Shown here piece after piece: positions 44,656 through 52,949 of a stretch of DNA of 64,000 nucleotides. Every line of letters starts with the position of its first letter. The first letter of the stretch is position 1. The stretch lies in assembly GCA_024278375.1 (NCBI GenBank), contig JAJRTH010000092.1:6193-70192 (forward strand). Direction: 5' to 3'. The DNA is from an archaeon. Its GTDB lineage: Archaea; Thermoplasmatota; Thermoplasmata; WALJ01. The position numbers and the translations under genes were made by a program. The notes under the pieces are model-generated. The model saw nothing but the letters and a program-made list of their open reading frames with translations. It had not been told where the DNA came from and ran no database searches.

Positions 44656-45150
44656 CTAGGCCATAATCCACAGTTCCATTAAAGAAGTAAGAAGACTTTT
44701 TATGCCGCTAAGTAAGTTAATAGCTTGTTCAATTATCCACTCCAAAAGCCAGCTCAGTGCATCCATAAACGAATTCCATGCTTTTTGTAATGCTCCCGCA
44801 ACAGCATTCCAGATATCTCTCACGAAGTCAAGGACACCGGCGAACAATCCTTTTACCGTGTGATCGTATCTGAGTCCGTTTCCTGCAATGTCCTCCGCTT
44901 TTAGATGGACGATGTATTCTTCCAGACCTGAGCCGAATCCTATGTCAAGGGTCGTGTTGAACCATCCGTTGTGATGCACAGAGCATGATATTTCCGCATA
45001 GAACGACCATACGCTGTTATCCGCATGAAACCCAGGAGTTCCACCGATTTCAAGATGGAATCCGGCATTGTTTTCAGCTACGAGAGACTCCGGGAAAATT
45101 CTTGCCGATGGAAAACAAATAGGGTTCTCCGCCATCCTGTCCTGAAACAT
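44656..45150 (-). CDS. hypothetical protein (low-GC region next to the tRNA)
   Basis: 164-aa ORF with no recognisable family. Ends at an in-frame TAG. Confidence 0.35.
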   Translation of the reverse strand: MFQDRMAENPICFPSARIFPESLVAENNAGFHLEIGGTPGFHADNSVWSFYAEISCSVHHNGWFNTTLDIGFGSGLEEYIVHLKAEDIAGNGLRYDHTVKGLFAGVLDFVRDIWNAVAGALQKAWNSFMDALSWLLEWIIEQAINLLSGIKSLLTSLMELWIMA

Positions 45151-45257
45151 GCCTGGAAGAATATAATCTGCATATTTAATCTTTATCTCGATGTGGTAAA
45201 TGTGGTCCCCTATTCAGGCCAGAGAGATGCACAGAACCTCTGCCACCCGGAAGGATG

Positions 45258-45332
45258 CGGACCCGGGGGGATTCGAACCCCCGTCCCCGGCTCCGAAGGC
45301 CGGAAGGATGATCCAGGCTACCCTACAGGCCC
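45258..45332 (-). tRNA. tRNA-Arg (anticodon UCG)
   Basis: Hand-folded cloverleaf: acceptor GGGCCTG/CGGGTCC, anticodon stem CCGGC/GCCGG with loop CTTCGGA, T-arm GGGGG-TTCGAAT-CCCCC, discriminator G. CCA is not encoded. Confidence 0.8.
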
Positions 45333-45369
45333 AGCGAAAACAGAATGTCGGGTGTGTTAAAAAGCTTTG

Positions 45370-45555
45370 TCACTTTTTCTTTATGAATTCCGTATAGCCG
45401 CATTTGCCGCAGGAGACCCGGTCCTTATGAACGGCAAGGAAAACTCCCGGTCCGCACTTCGGGCATGTACGCCTTATGCGCATGAGTTTCCCGTTCTCCA
45501 CCTTGTAGTAGTTGGATTTTTTGACCGCCGGTTTCTTGGCCTTATCCGCCATCAC
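45370..45555 (-). CDS. rps27ae: 30S ribosomal protein S27ae
   Basis: 61 aa with zinc ribbon CPKCGPG...CGKCG. Confidence 0.85.
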   Translation of the reverse strand: MMADKAKKPAVKKSNYYKVENGKLMRIRRTCPKCGPGVFLAVHKDRVSCGKCGYTEFIKKK

Positions 45556-45863
45556 TCACCACCTTCCTCCTCTTTTTTCTCCTTCACCACGGCATTTCTT
45601 TTCTTTATGTGCTCTCTTTCCACGCTCTTGAGATCATCCACCGTCTTATAGGCCTTGGCATATCCGACCGTGACAGGCATACCGTATTCGCTTCGCATGT
45701 AATCTATCACCACGAGTTCTCGGGGGACTTTCAGAGCTTCGGCTACCTTTCCTCTGACAGCATCCCTTTTCGGCGTCTTTTCCCGGGGGTGCTCGACCTT
45801 AAAGTACACTTCCGTTCTTTTCAGCAGGGCGTTTTCCCTTTTGTTCGTTATTTCGATTTCCAT
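45552..45863 (-). CDS. rps24e: 30S ribosomal protein S24e
   Basis: 103 aa: [15 protein letters not shown]...TP.R..VR. Confidence 0.85.
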   Translation of the reverse strand: MEIEITNKRENALLKRTEVYFKVEHPREKTPKRDAVRGKVAEALKVPRELVVIDYMRSEYGMPVTVGYAKAYKTVDDLKSVEREHIKKRNAVVKEKKEEEGGE

Positions 45864-45864
45864 T

Positions 45865-46398
45865 TTATGCCTCCGTCTTTTTCATCCTGGACAGGGCGTC
45901 ATTCGCTTTTTTTCTGGTCTTTTCGTCCACTTTCACCACGCACATCCCTTCATCGGGAATCCCATAGACAACGTATGCGCCGTCAGGTGCGAGTGATATG
46001 CATACGAGAGATGCGAGGTCCTCTTCGCCATCGACCTTTATAAGGGTTCTTTCTTCGGACTCCATCGCGTTTTTTACCGCATTCCACAGTTCTGCGGTGA
46101 TGGTTGCTTCCGGGTTTCTCACCGTGACCGTTTTTTCCGCAGAAATGTCATCCAGGTCTAAATGGGAAGAGCGCTTTGTTTTGCCGTCTACAACGGCGAG
46201 ATGCGGCATAATGCCTCTCTGATATAAAGTTATCGAGCAGACATCTCCGACGGATATTATGTACTCTCCATGAAGAGAATCGATCTCGAAATCCTCAATA
46301 ATTGGTCCAAGAGGTTCCGCCAGCTCTTTTCTCATCTCATCCGGAAGAATCCATATTGCTTCAGGACTCTCCTCTGACTTTGAGCGCATATCTGCCAT
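45865..46398 (-). CDS. GTP-dependent dephospho-CoA kinase (DUF359)
   Basis: 177 aa with SVGDV...LAVVDGKTKR. It occupies the conserved position in the rpoE'-spt4-S24e cluster. Confidence 0.7.
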   Translation of the reverse strand: MADMRSKSEESPEAIWILPDEMRKELAEPLGPIIEDFEIDSLHGEYIISVGDVCSITLYQRGIMPHLAVVDGKTKRSSHLDLDDISAEKTVTVRNPEATITAELWNAVKNAMESEERTLIKVDGEEDLASLVCISLAPDGAYVVYGIPDEGMCVVKVDEKTRKKANDALSRMKKTEA

Positions 46399-46558
46399 TG
46401 TTCTCTATCCCCATCTTTCTGGCTATCTCCGATTTCGTATAATCGACGATTATGAGATATCCCTGCCATTCTCTGGATGTCTCTCCTCCGCATATGGGAC
46501 ATGTTTTTTCGGGAGTAAGGTATCTGCATTTCTTGCAGGCTTTTAGATCTTTCGTCAT
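46361..46558 (-). CDS. spt4: transcription elongation factor Spt4 (RpoE'')
   Basis: Zinc ribbon CKKCRYL...CPICGG. ATG 46558 overlaps the rpoE' TGA (ATGA). The ORF track extends to 46594. Confidence 0.8.
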   Translation of the reverse strand: MTKDLKACKKCRYLTPEKTCPICGGETSREWQGYLIIVDYTKSEIARKMGIENNGRYALKVRGES

Positions 46559-47148
46559 TTCGCCCCCTCCTTCTTTCGGTCCTCTTCGAGCCATTCGATT
46601 TTCCCGAGACCTGGCTGTTTCATGGTCAGCCCTATCTTGGATTCTCGCGGGGAGCGCTCGTTTATTGCCACGGAGACTATTCTCGCCCTCACCTCATCCT
46701 CTATTTTCAGGAATCTTTTGGTATCCGCAGCGACAAGCCTCTGATTCGCAAGGTCGACATCTATCCTATCGGTGGTTATCTGGCTTATGTGTATGAGCCC
46801 GTCCAGAGGACCGAATCTGACAAAAGCCCCGAATTTGACGACCTCGCATACGAATCCGTTTATGACCTCTTTGTCCTTAACCTCGAAAGAAAGTGCCTCA
46901 TACTCGACCTTCTGATACACGGCACCGTCTCCGTATACCATCCTTCCCTCCCCCATCAACTTTATATCCTTTACAAGAACGACCATTATGTTGTCGTGCA
47001 TTGTGCCTTCAAAGGTCTCCTGTGCAATCTCCTTGCACACCCTCTCGTAGTCCTCTGAAAGGCGCTCTGGAGGAATTCTCACGGTATCGACTCTCTTTTC
47101 CATAAGATACATAAGTATCACCTTTTCTTCCCGAGTAAGTTTTCTCAT
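46555..47148 (-). CDS. rpoE: DNA-directed RNA polymerase subunit E' (Rpo7)
   Basis: 197 aa with an S1 domain (GFVCEVVKFGAFVRFGPLDGLIHISQ). Confidence 0.85.
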   Translation of the reverse strand: MRKLTREEKVILMYLMEKRVDTVRIPPERLSEDYERVCKEIAQETFEGTMHDNIMVVLVKDIKLMGEGRMVYGDGAVYQKVEYEALSFEVKDKEVINGFVCEVVKFGAFVRFGPLDGLIHISQITTDRIDVDLANQRLVAADTKRFLKIEDEVRARIVSVAINERSPRESKIGLTMKQPGLGKIEWLEEDRKKEGAK

Positions 47149-47323
47149 ATAAAGTTATGGCGGCAGAAAAAAGAATTGTGATTGGAGAATTTTTTCCTCC
47201 GAGGTGTTCTAAAAGGTGTGAATGCATCCTATATATACCTATCGCAGAAGTTAAACACATGTACCGAAAATCTTAAATAAACCCAGACGAAATGAGCAGC
47301 AGAAAAACATGGAGGTTTTTAAA

Positions 47324-48346
47324 ATGAAAAAAGGAATCCAGATCGGATTGATATGGGCCGTCGCATTCCTCCTTCTCTTCCCTGTGGGGAATGTGATGGC
47401 CGTGGATGTGCAGAGCGCCAACGACACCAGTACGACAATAAGCTGTGTCGTACAGACAGGTTCACCAGTTATAAACGACGTGAAATTCATGGACAGTAGC
47501 TGGACATTGAGGAATAACACTCAGATAGATGTCCTGCAGACCTACTACTTCGTTGTGGACGTCACTCAGGACGCAGGATGGGTGAACATAACCTATGTGA
47601 ACATAACCCTGTCCTTCGATTTCGGAGATGATTCCGACATCAAACCCTATGTCGGGACCAACAACACGCAGTTCAGACTCGTTTATGAGAACACCACCGG
47701 AACAGCTTCATTCGGTCTTGCATCCGCAGGAAACGGTGAAGTCACCTTTGTTGCCGGTACGGAGACCTATGTGAACGATACCACAAGGATTCTCAACTTC
47801 TCGTTCACACCGCAGAACGAGATAAGACATGCCACCGGTGCCGGTACGGGAGGTCTCGGCTTCAATGACCTCTATTCCTGGAACTATAGGGTAAATGCTA
47901 CGAATAATGACGGGCTCGTATCTTCGAACTGGGATGATGAATTCGGAGTTTACAGATATACCAGCATATCCGCGTCCGGAGACCCCACAGGAAGCGGCAA
48001 TCCCGGTCAAACCGTAACGCTCTCCCCGTCAACCACGGTAACGTTCAGCGCTAACGAGGAGTTCAATCTGAGCGTTAGCATAAGCGATCTTACCAGCGGT
48101 ACGAACACAATAGCCGCGACGAATGTGGAAGTTCTCGGCGGGAACATAGCCGCATATACCGCGTTTGGCGGTGCTGGCGTCGTCCAGTGGATATATGGCG
48201 GTGCTGGAAGCTGGCAGGCTCCTTATGACACATACAACCCGTCATTGGACCATCAGGTGCAGACCGATTGGAGAGTGAACATACCGTTCGGTACTCCTAC
48301 GGGAACATACAGCTCGCCGGTGACCTACACGATAGAAGTGAACTAA
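47324..48346 (+). CDS. secreted protein carrying the shared beta-rich module X
   Basis: ATG 47324 after GGAGG. Signal peptide ..FPVGNVMA/VDV. About 300 aa are collinear with the C-terminus of 52950-55034 (..DEFGVYRYTSISASGDP.. versus ..DEFGIYRFTSVSASGNP..). Confidence 0.65.
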   Translation: MKKGIQIGLIWAVAFLLLFPVGNVMAVDVQSANDTSTTISCVVQTGSPVINDVKFMDSSWTLRNNTQIDVLQTYYFVVDVTQDAGWVNITYVNITLSFDFGDDSDIKPYVGTNNTQFRLVYENTTGTASFGLASAGNGEVTFVAGTETYVNDTTRILNFSFTPQNEIRHATGAGTGGLGFNDLYSWNYRVNATNNDGLVSSNWDDEFGVYRYTSISASGDPTGSGNPGQTVTLSPSTTVTFSANEEFNLSVSISDLTSGTNTIAATNVEVLGGNIAAYTAFGGAGVVQWIYGGAGSWQAPYDTYNPSLDHQVQTDWRVNIPFGTPTGTYSSPVTYTIEVN

Positions 48347-48380
48347 CCCCAATCCCCTTCCCTCTTCTGAGGGGAAAACG

Positions 48381-49760
48381 ATGAGAACCCTTTCCACATC
48401 GCTATCGCTAGCGTTGATAGCATTCACACTATCGAGCATCTTCATACCTTCGGGTAGCGGAGCCTCCATCCAGAGTTTTGATCTGCATATGGTCGGAGAG
48501 GCCGCTTTAAAGGATTCTGAGGGCAGATACAGAATGGTCGCAGGGATATGGCACCAATTTGATATCTATCTGGACACGAGTGCGGATGTCGTGGAGATAG
48601 AGATGCGGTACGGAGATTTTACGGACTGGGACACCACCAACCACTACCGTTGGCTTTATTCGGCGGGCAACTGGAGCGATGCGGAATATGGAATATATAT
48701 CGAACAGGATAAATGCGACAGAACTGGGACCCTTTACTCCTTTATAGTGGGTGTGGACGGAAAGGTTAATTACGGTTTGTGGAACCTGACGGTAAGGGCG
48801 GACGGAGAGGAGATATATGCATCGGAGATATATGTGGAAAAAGCTGTCGTAGGCGCTGATTTTCACTCGGCGGATTTTCTGCTGTGGGCGGTACCATTTA
48901 CCGCAGGAACGATAGACTCTGCGGATAAAATGCAGTATATTAGGATAGTGAATGGGGGCAATACACCGTTGTATTATAATATCACCTTCTCGGCCTTTTC
49001 AGATAGGATAAACCTCACGGGAGATGACGAGGTAATACACGTCGGTGGAGAGACCGTTCGGTACATCAGATTCGGGACGGATTCATGGAGCCCCAGAGTC
49101 ATAAAAATAAAGGGCAGGATAAATGTAGGGGCTATGTACAGGATACCTACGGCCAGTACAGCCACGCTTATAACAGGGGTCGGCTCAACATTTCCCTTAA
49201 CGATATATATCGGACATTCCGGATATGAGATACTGGAGAAAGACGGCCTGACAATCCAGATAAAGAGACGCATATCTTTGGACTATGGTGCGGAATCCGA
49301 GCTGAAAATCTTTTTAACAGGAAACGGTACTGCTATGGTGAACATACGCGGAGAAAACTGTACGATAGAGGAGATTATTTACAGGGGAGAAAAGAGAAAT
49401 CCTCCTTTTCCGGTGGTCCTGTCCGAGGAATTCGAGACAAACATAACGATAAGAATACGAGCGGACACCCCCGATGTCATAGCGAAGGTAATATACCTGA
49501 TAGAATATGGGGGAAAGGACAACATATACTCCACTGATGTAGAGGTCGGGCCAGCACCTCCTCCGGAGCCTGTACCACCGCAGGAGCCAGACAAAACCTT
49601 GGCTGCGGCCTTCATCATAGGAGCAGCGGCATTAGCTACTGCATACATAATGTTGACACATAAAAAGGCGGCGGATGAAGTGAAAAGGAAGGGCATTGAG
49701 GATGCGAGCGAGAAAAGACCAAGACGCACAAAAAAGAAGAGGGGAGGAGATAAGAGATGA
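48381..49760 (+). CDS. secreted protein with C-terminal TM anchor and basic tail
   Basis: Signal peptide. A P-rich stalk (PAPPPEPVPPQEPD) is followed by the helix AAAFIIGAAALATAYIML and then KKAADEVKRKG..KKKRGGDKR. Confidence 0.6.
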   Translation: MRTLSTSLSLALIAFTLSSIFIPSGSGASIQSFDLHMVGEAALKDSEGRYRMVAGIWHQFDIYLDTSADVVEIEMRYGDFTDWDTTNHYRWLYSAGNWSDAEYGIYIEQDKCDRTGTLYSFIVGVDGKVNYGLWNLTVRADGEEIYASEIYVEKAVVGADFHSADFLLWAVPFTAGTIDSADKMQYIRIVNGGNTPLYYNITFSAFSDRINLTGDDEVIHVGGETVRYIRFGTDSWSPRVIKIKGRINVGAMYRIPTASTATLITGVGSTFPLTIYIGHSGYEILEKDGLTIQIKRRISLDYGAESELKIFLTGNGTAMVNIRGENCTIEEIIYRGEKRNPPFPVVLSEEFETNITIRIRADTPDVIAKVIYLIEYGGKDNIYSTDVEVGPAPPPEPVPPQEPDKTLAAAFIIGAAALATAYIMLTHKKAADEVKRKGIEDASEKRPRRTKKKRGGDKR

Positions 49761-50422
49761 GGGGGAGGGCTATTCTGGCAATCTTTGCAATTTCCATGAT
49801 TCTCGTGGTGACCAATCCCGGAATCACAAAGGCAAACCCTGATGCCACTGGCGTATCCGTTCTGAACGTGGATCCCACGATCTCCTACATACACTTCTCG
49901 TCTTCCGACGGCATCCACATGGTACAGGTCACGGTTTCGGACTACAACTCATGGATGGATGTATATCGTATAACTGTGGAGTTCAGGGGAGAAAAAGGAC
50001 CTATAAGTGTGATAACATACACTCAGTATTCAGATAGAGCCAACATGACAACGAGAGTGGACTGGTTCAATGAGACATACGGTCACTACCTGATGGAGTC
50101 GAAATCTGGAATCGTGAGGGTATCCAACGGCACTACGGTGTCAGAAAAGTGCGAGATGAATGTGACCTTCGCTTTCAGACCGATAGAGGCAAGAAAAGTC
50201 GTTGTTACCGTGGAAGACCTGGAAGGCAGTATAGCCAGGGCAAGGGTGGATTATCCCCCCTTGTTCGGTTTTCCGATGGAAGAGGAGCCGATATCTACCG
50301 ATCTGATAGCCGTTGTTCTCTCTGTGTTCGGCACGGCAGGAGGAATAAAGCTGAAATACGGCTCATTCAAGAAGCCGATAAAGAATCTCAAGAATGGTGT
50401 CAAGGAGGTGAGTAAGAGATGA
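49757..50422 (+). CDS. secreted/anchored protein with an N-terminal X-like subdomain
   Basis: ATGA overlap with the upstream gene. Signal peptide, ..VTVSDYNSWMDVYRITVEF.., and a C-terminal hydrophobic segment. Confidence 0.55.
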   Translation: MRGRAILAIFAISMILVVTNPGITKANPDATGVSVLNVDPTISYIHFSSSDGIHMVQVTVSDYNSWMDVYRITVEFRGEKGPISVITYTQYSDRANMTTRVDWFNETYGHYLMESKSGIVRVSNGTTVSEKCEMNVTFAFRPIEARKVVVTVEDLEGSIARARVDYPPLFGFPMEEEPISTDLIAVVLSVFGTAGGIKLKYGSFKKPIKNLKNGVKEVSKR

Positions 50423-51324
50423 ACGGGAGGGACAAACTATCGATAATACCGTTCACGTTCTTTTTCTTCCTAGGACTGTATGTGGTAATAAAATTCTTCC
50501 TGGTCCTGTTCTGGACGCTCAACTTCAATACCAAGATAATCCTGGAACTTACACCTTTCTTCCTGTTCGGAATGAACCCGGTCCAGTTGCTTGTTCTGTC
50601 AGCCATCGTGGCCGGTTCTGATGCATATTTCCATTTCAAGAATCACGGTTGGAACATCGTGATATCCTTCGTGCCGACCGTCATAATGCTTATCGGCATA
50701 GGTGCCGCGATATATGCCAGCGAGTGGAACAATCCCTTTTACTATACGCTCTTCGCAATAATGCTGGGTGTCACCATCGTTGACCATCGATATCTCCTGA
50801 AGATAAACGGATATATCAGAGAGGAGGAGGGCGAAGAAGAGGTCGAAACGGTCGAAGAGGCTGCCGAGGAGGGCGCTGAGGAAGAATGGGAGGAGATAAC
50901 TCCTGCCGAAGAGGTCTCGGAGGTCGAGGTAGAGGAAGTAAGCGTAGCTCCGGAGGAAGAGAGGGAGATTGAGGAGATACTGGAGGCCGAGAAGATAGAG
51001 GAAGAACTGAGAGAGATGCCGGAAGAGGAAAGGGAGCACCTCGAAGAGGTGCCCGAGATACCGAAAGATATGATAGGCAAAATAGAGAGGCATGAAATCG
51101 CTGCCAGGGAAGAGGAAAAGGTCGAGCCCAAGACCGAGCCTGCGGAGATGTCCAAAGAGGAGAGGGAAAAGACCATAGAGGAGCTGCTCGAAGAACTGCT
51201 GGAAGCCACCGGTAAAAAGAGGGAGATGGAGAAAGGGAAGGAATGCCCGATATGCGGGGCCATGAACTCTATGGATGCCAAATACTGTAAGGAATGCGGT
51301 TCCGAACTGGAGGAGGGGGCATGA
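50419..51324 (+). CDS. polytopic membrane protein with poly-Glu linker and C-terminal zinc ribbon
   Basis: About 4 TM helices, about 130 aa of E-rich low complexity, then CPICGAMNSMDAKYCKECG. ATGA overlaps on both sides. Confidence 0.6.
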   Translation: MNGRDKLSIIPFTFFFFLGLYVVIKFFLVLFWTLNFNTKIILELTPFFLFGMNPVQLLVLSAIVAGSDAYFHFKNHGWNIVISFVPTVIMLIGIGAAIYASEWNNPFYYTLFAIMLGVTIVDHRYLLKINGYIREEEGEEEVETVEEAAEEGAEEEWEEITPAEEVSEVEVEEVSVAPEEEREIEEILEAEKIEEELREMPEEEREHLEEVPEIPKDMIGKIERHEIAAREEEKVEPKTEPAEMSKEEREKTIEELLEELLEATGKKREMEKGKECPICGAMNSMDAKYCKECGSELEEGA

Positions 51325-52928
51325 AAAAGGTGGCGATGTTCCTCACTGCCCTGATGCTCATATCCGCCATACCCATGGCAGGCGGCGATACGCTGTTCAC
51401 ATTCGTCGACGGTTCCGGTACGGATTCTTCCCAGTTCGGGTTCAATGTCACTTATCTGGGCGATATCAACGGGGACGGCTACGATGATGTGGCTGTCGGA
51501 GCACCCTACAACGACAGCGCGGACGGTAGCAGGCCTGACTGCGGAGCGGTTTACATATTCTTTGGATATCCGAATATGGACATATTCCATGGGAACAATA
51601 TAGATATAGGGAGCGCCAACGTTACGATATACGGTGCGACGACAGGCGATTATTTCGGATGGAGCGTGGCGTACGGCGGCAACATCGACGGTTCCGGCGG
51701 AAGCATAATCATCGGTGCACCGGATAACGACACCGCTGATGGCAGCAAACCGAGCGCAGGTGCAGTCTATATATTCAATTCCACAGCATTCGTATCCTCT
51801 GGAAAGACCTATTCGGCAACCGATGCCAACTACACCATATATGGCGAGCAGAACTATACCAGATTCGGATTCTCCATCTCGGGAGGAGCGAATATAGACG
51901 GTCTGCTGTATGACGATTTCGTTGTCGGAGCCCCTGGAAAGGTGTATTTCTACGACAATATGGAATATTCCGACAGTCCAGGCGGTGCCACCACGCCTTA
52001 TCATGGGTGGACACATTATGGGAGCGGATTGACAGATGAATGGGAACACGGTACACCCTCGAACAGCGATAACGATGCGGATTCGGATGATTTTGGCCCT
52101 TATTCTGCATATTCGGGAAAATATTGCTGGGCTACAGATTTGGATAACGATTACTCTCTAGGAAGTTCGTTGAGCGACTTTATGGCTCTAAACACAACAG
52201 ATATCGACCTAACCGATTCTATGTATCCTCATCTGACATTTTACGATTGGCTCGAGATTGAGGGGGGCTCATATGATTACTGCAATATAAGCATATACAG
52301 GAGTTCGGATGACACGCTACTTCTAACTCTCGAGGCAGATTACGATGACACTCATGCTTGGCAAAAAAACGTATACAACATCTCGGCGGTTGCGGGAGAG
52401 ATAATATATGTGCAGTTCGCCCTTCATTCTGATTCCACGGTTGCCTATGCCGGCTGGTACATAGACGATGTAATGGTATATGAGAACAAAACCGGGAAAG
52501 CCTATGTTTTCTACGGTGATGGCTCGCTACCAGGGAGTGCTTCCAATGCCGATGTCGTGCTTCACGAGGGCAGAGGTAGCGAACTTTTCGGCTACTCTGT
52601 TTCCACAGGAGATGATTTGAACGGAGACGGATATGATGACATAGCAATAGGTTCTCCAGGATATGATTTCTTCAGGGGCAAGGTATCTGTTTATTACGGC
52701 GGACAGCTGGACCCTCAGGTTTATTTTCATGATGGCTTCGATGACGGAGTGTTCAATGGATGGGCCGCAGGCGGTGCTGCCACCGTCTCCATAAGCAGTA
52801 CGGTATATCATTCCGCACCGTATTCTCTTTTAATATCGGCAAGTGCGACAACAGCCACATACATCACAAAAACGATGTATTGCCGAAATGTCTCTAACCC
52901 CGTGATGTCGCTTTGGTGGAATCCGTAG
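51321..52928 (+). CDS. FG-GAP repeat (integrin-alpha-like) surface protein, part 1
   Basis: Signal peptide MKKVAMFLTALMLISAIPMAGG. Repeats FG.S/NV...GD(I/L)NGDGYDD..(V/I)GAP...GAVYIF. An inserted jelly-roll-like domain (WYIDDVMVYE). Ends at TAG 52926-52928 inside a second jelly-roll-like domain. Confidence 0.7.
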   Translation: MKKVAMFLTALMLISAIPMAGGDTLFTFVDGSGTDSSQFGFNVTYLGDINGDGYDDVAVGAPYNDSADGSRPDCGAVYIFFGYPNMDIFHGNNIDIGSANVTIYGATTGDYFGWSVAYGGNIDGSGGSIIIGAPDNDTADGSKPSAGAVYIFNSTAFVSSGKTYSATDANYTIYGEQNYTRFGFSISGGANIDGLLYDDFVVGAPGKVYFYDNMEYSDSPGGATTPYHGWTHYGSGLTDEWEHGTPSNSDNDADSDDFGPYSAYSGKYCWATDLDNDYSLGSSLSDFMALNTTDIDLTDSMYPHLTFYDWLEIEGGSYDYCNISIYRSSDDTLLLTLEADYDDTHAWQKNVYNISAVAGEIIYVQFALHSDSTVAYAGWYIDDVMVYENKTGKAYVFYGDGSLPGSASNADVVLHEGRGSELFGYSVSTGDDLNGDGYDDIAIGSPGYDFFRGKVSVYYGGQLDPQVYFHDGFDDGVFNGWAAGGAATVSISSTVYHSAPYSLLISASATTATYITKTMYCRNVSNPVMSLWWNP

Positions 52929-52949
52929 GGAGATATAGCGAGGATATAC

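Noticed and set aside
50742-52049. A 435-aa minus-strand ORF with long poly-Ser stretches.
   Set aside because: It is the antisense of the poly-Glu linker (GAA/GAG mirrored to TTC/CTC) and of the FG-GAP gene start. There is no independent support for it.
44656-52928. Pyrrolysine (for the two TAGs) or selenocysteine (for the TGA at 26493) as the explanation for the in-frame stops.
   Set aside because: TAG and TGA also terminate clearly complete conserved genes in this window. TAA is affected as well. The interrupted proteins are not methyltransferases or redox enzymes with a Cys/Sec site. No pyl or sel genes or SECIS-like element are visible here. I kept recoding only as a minor alternative within the findings.
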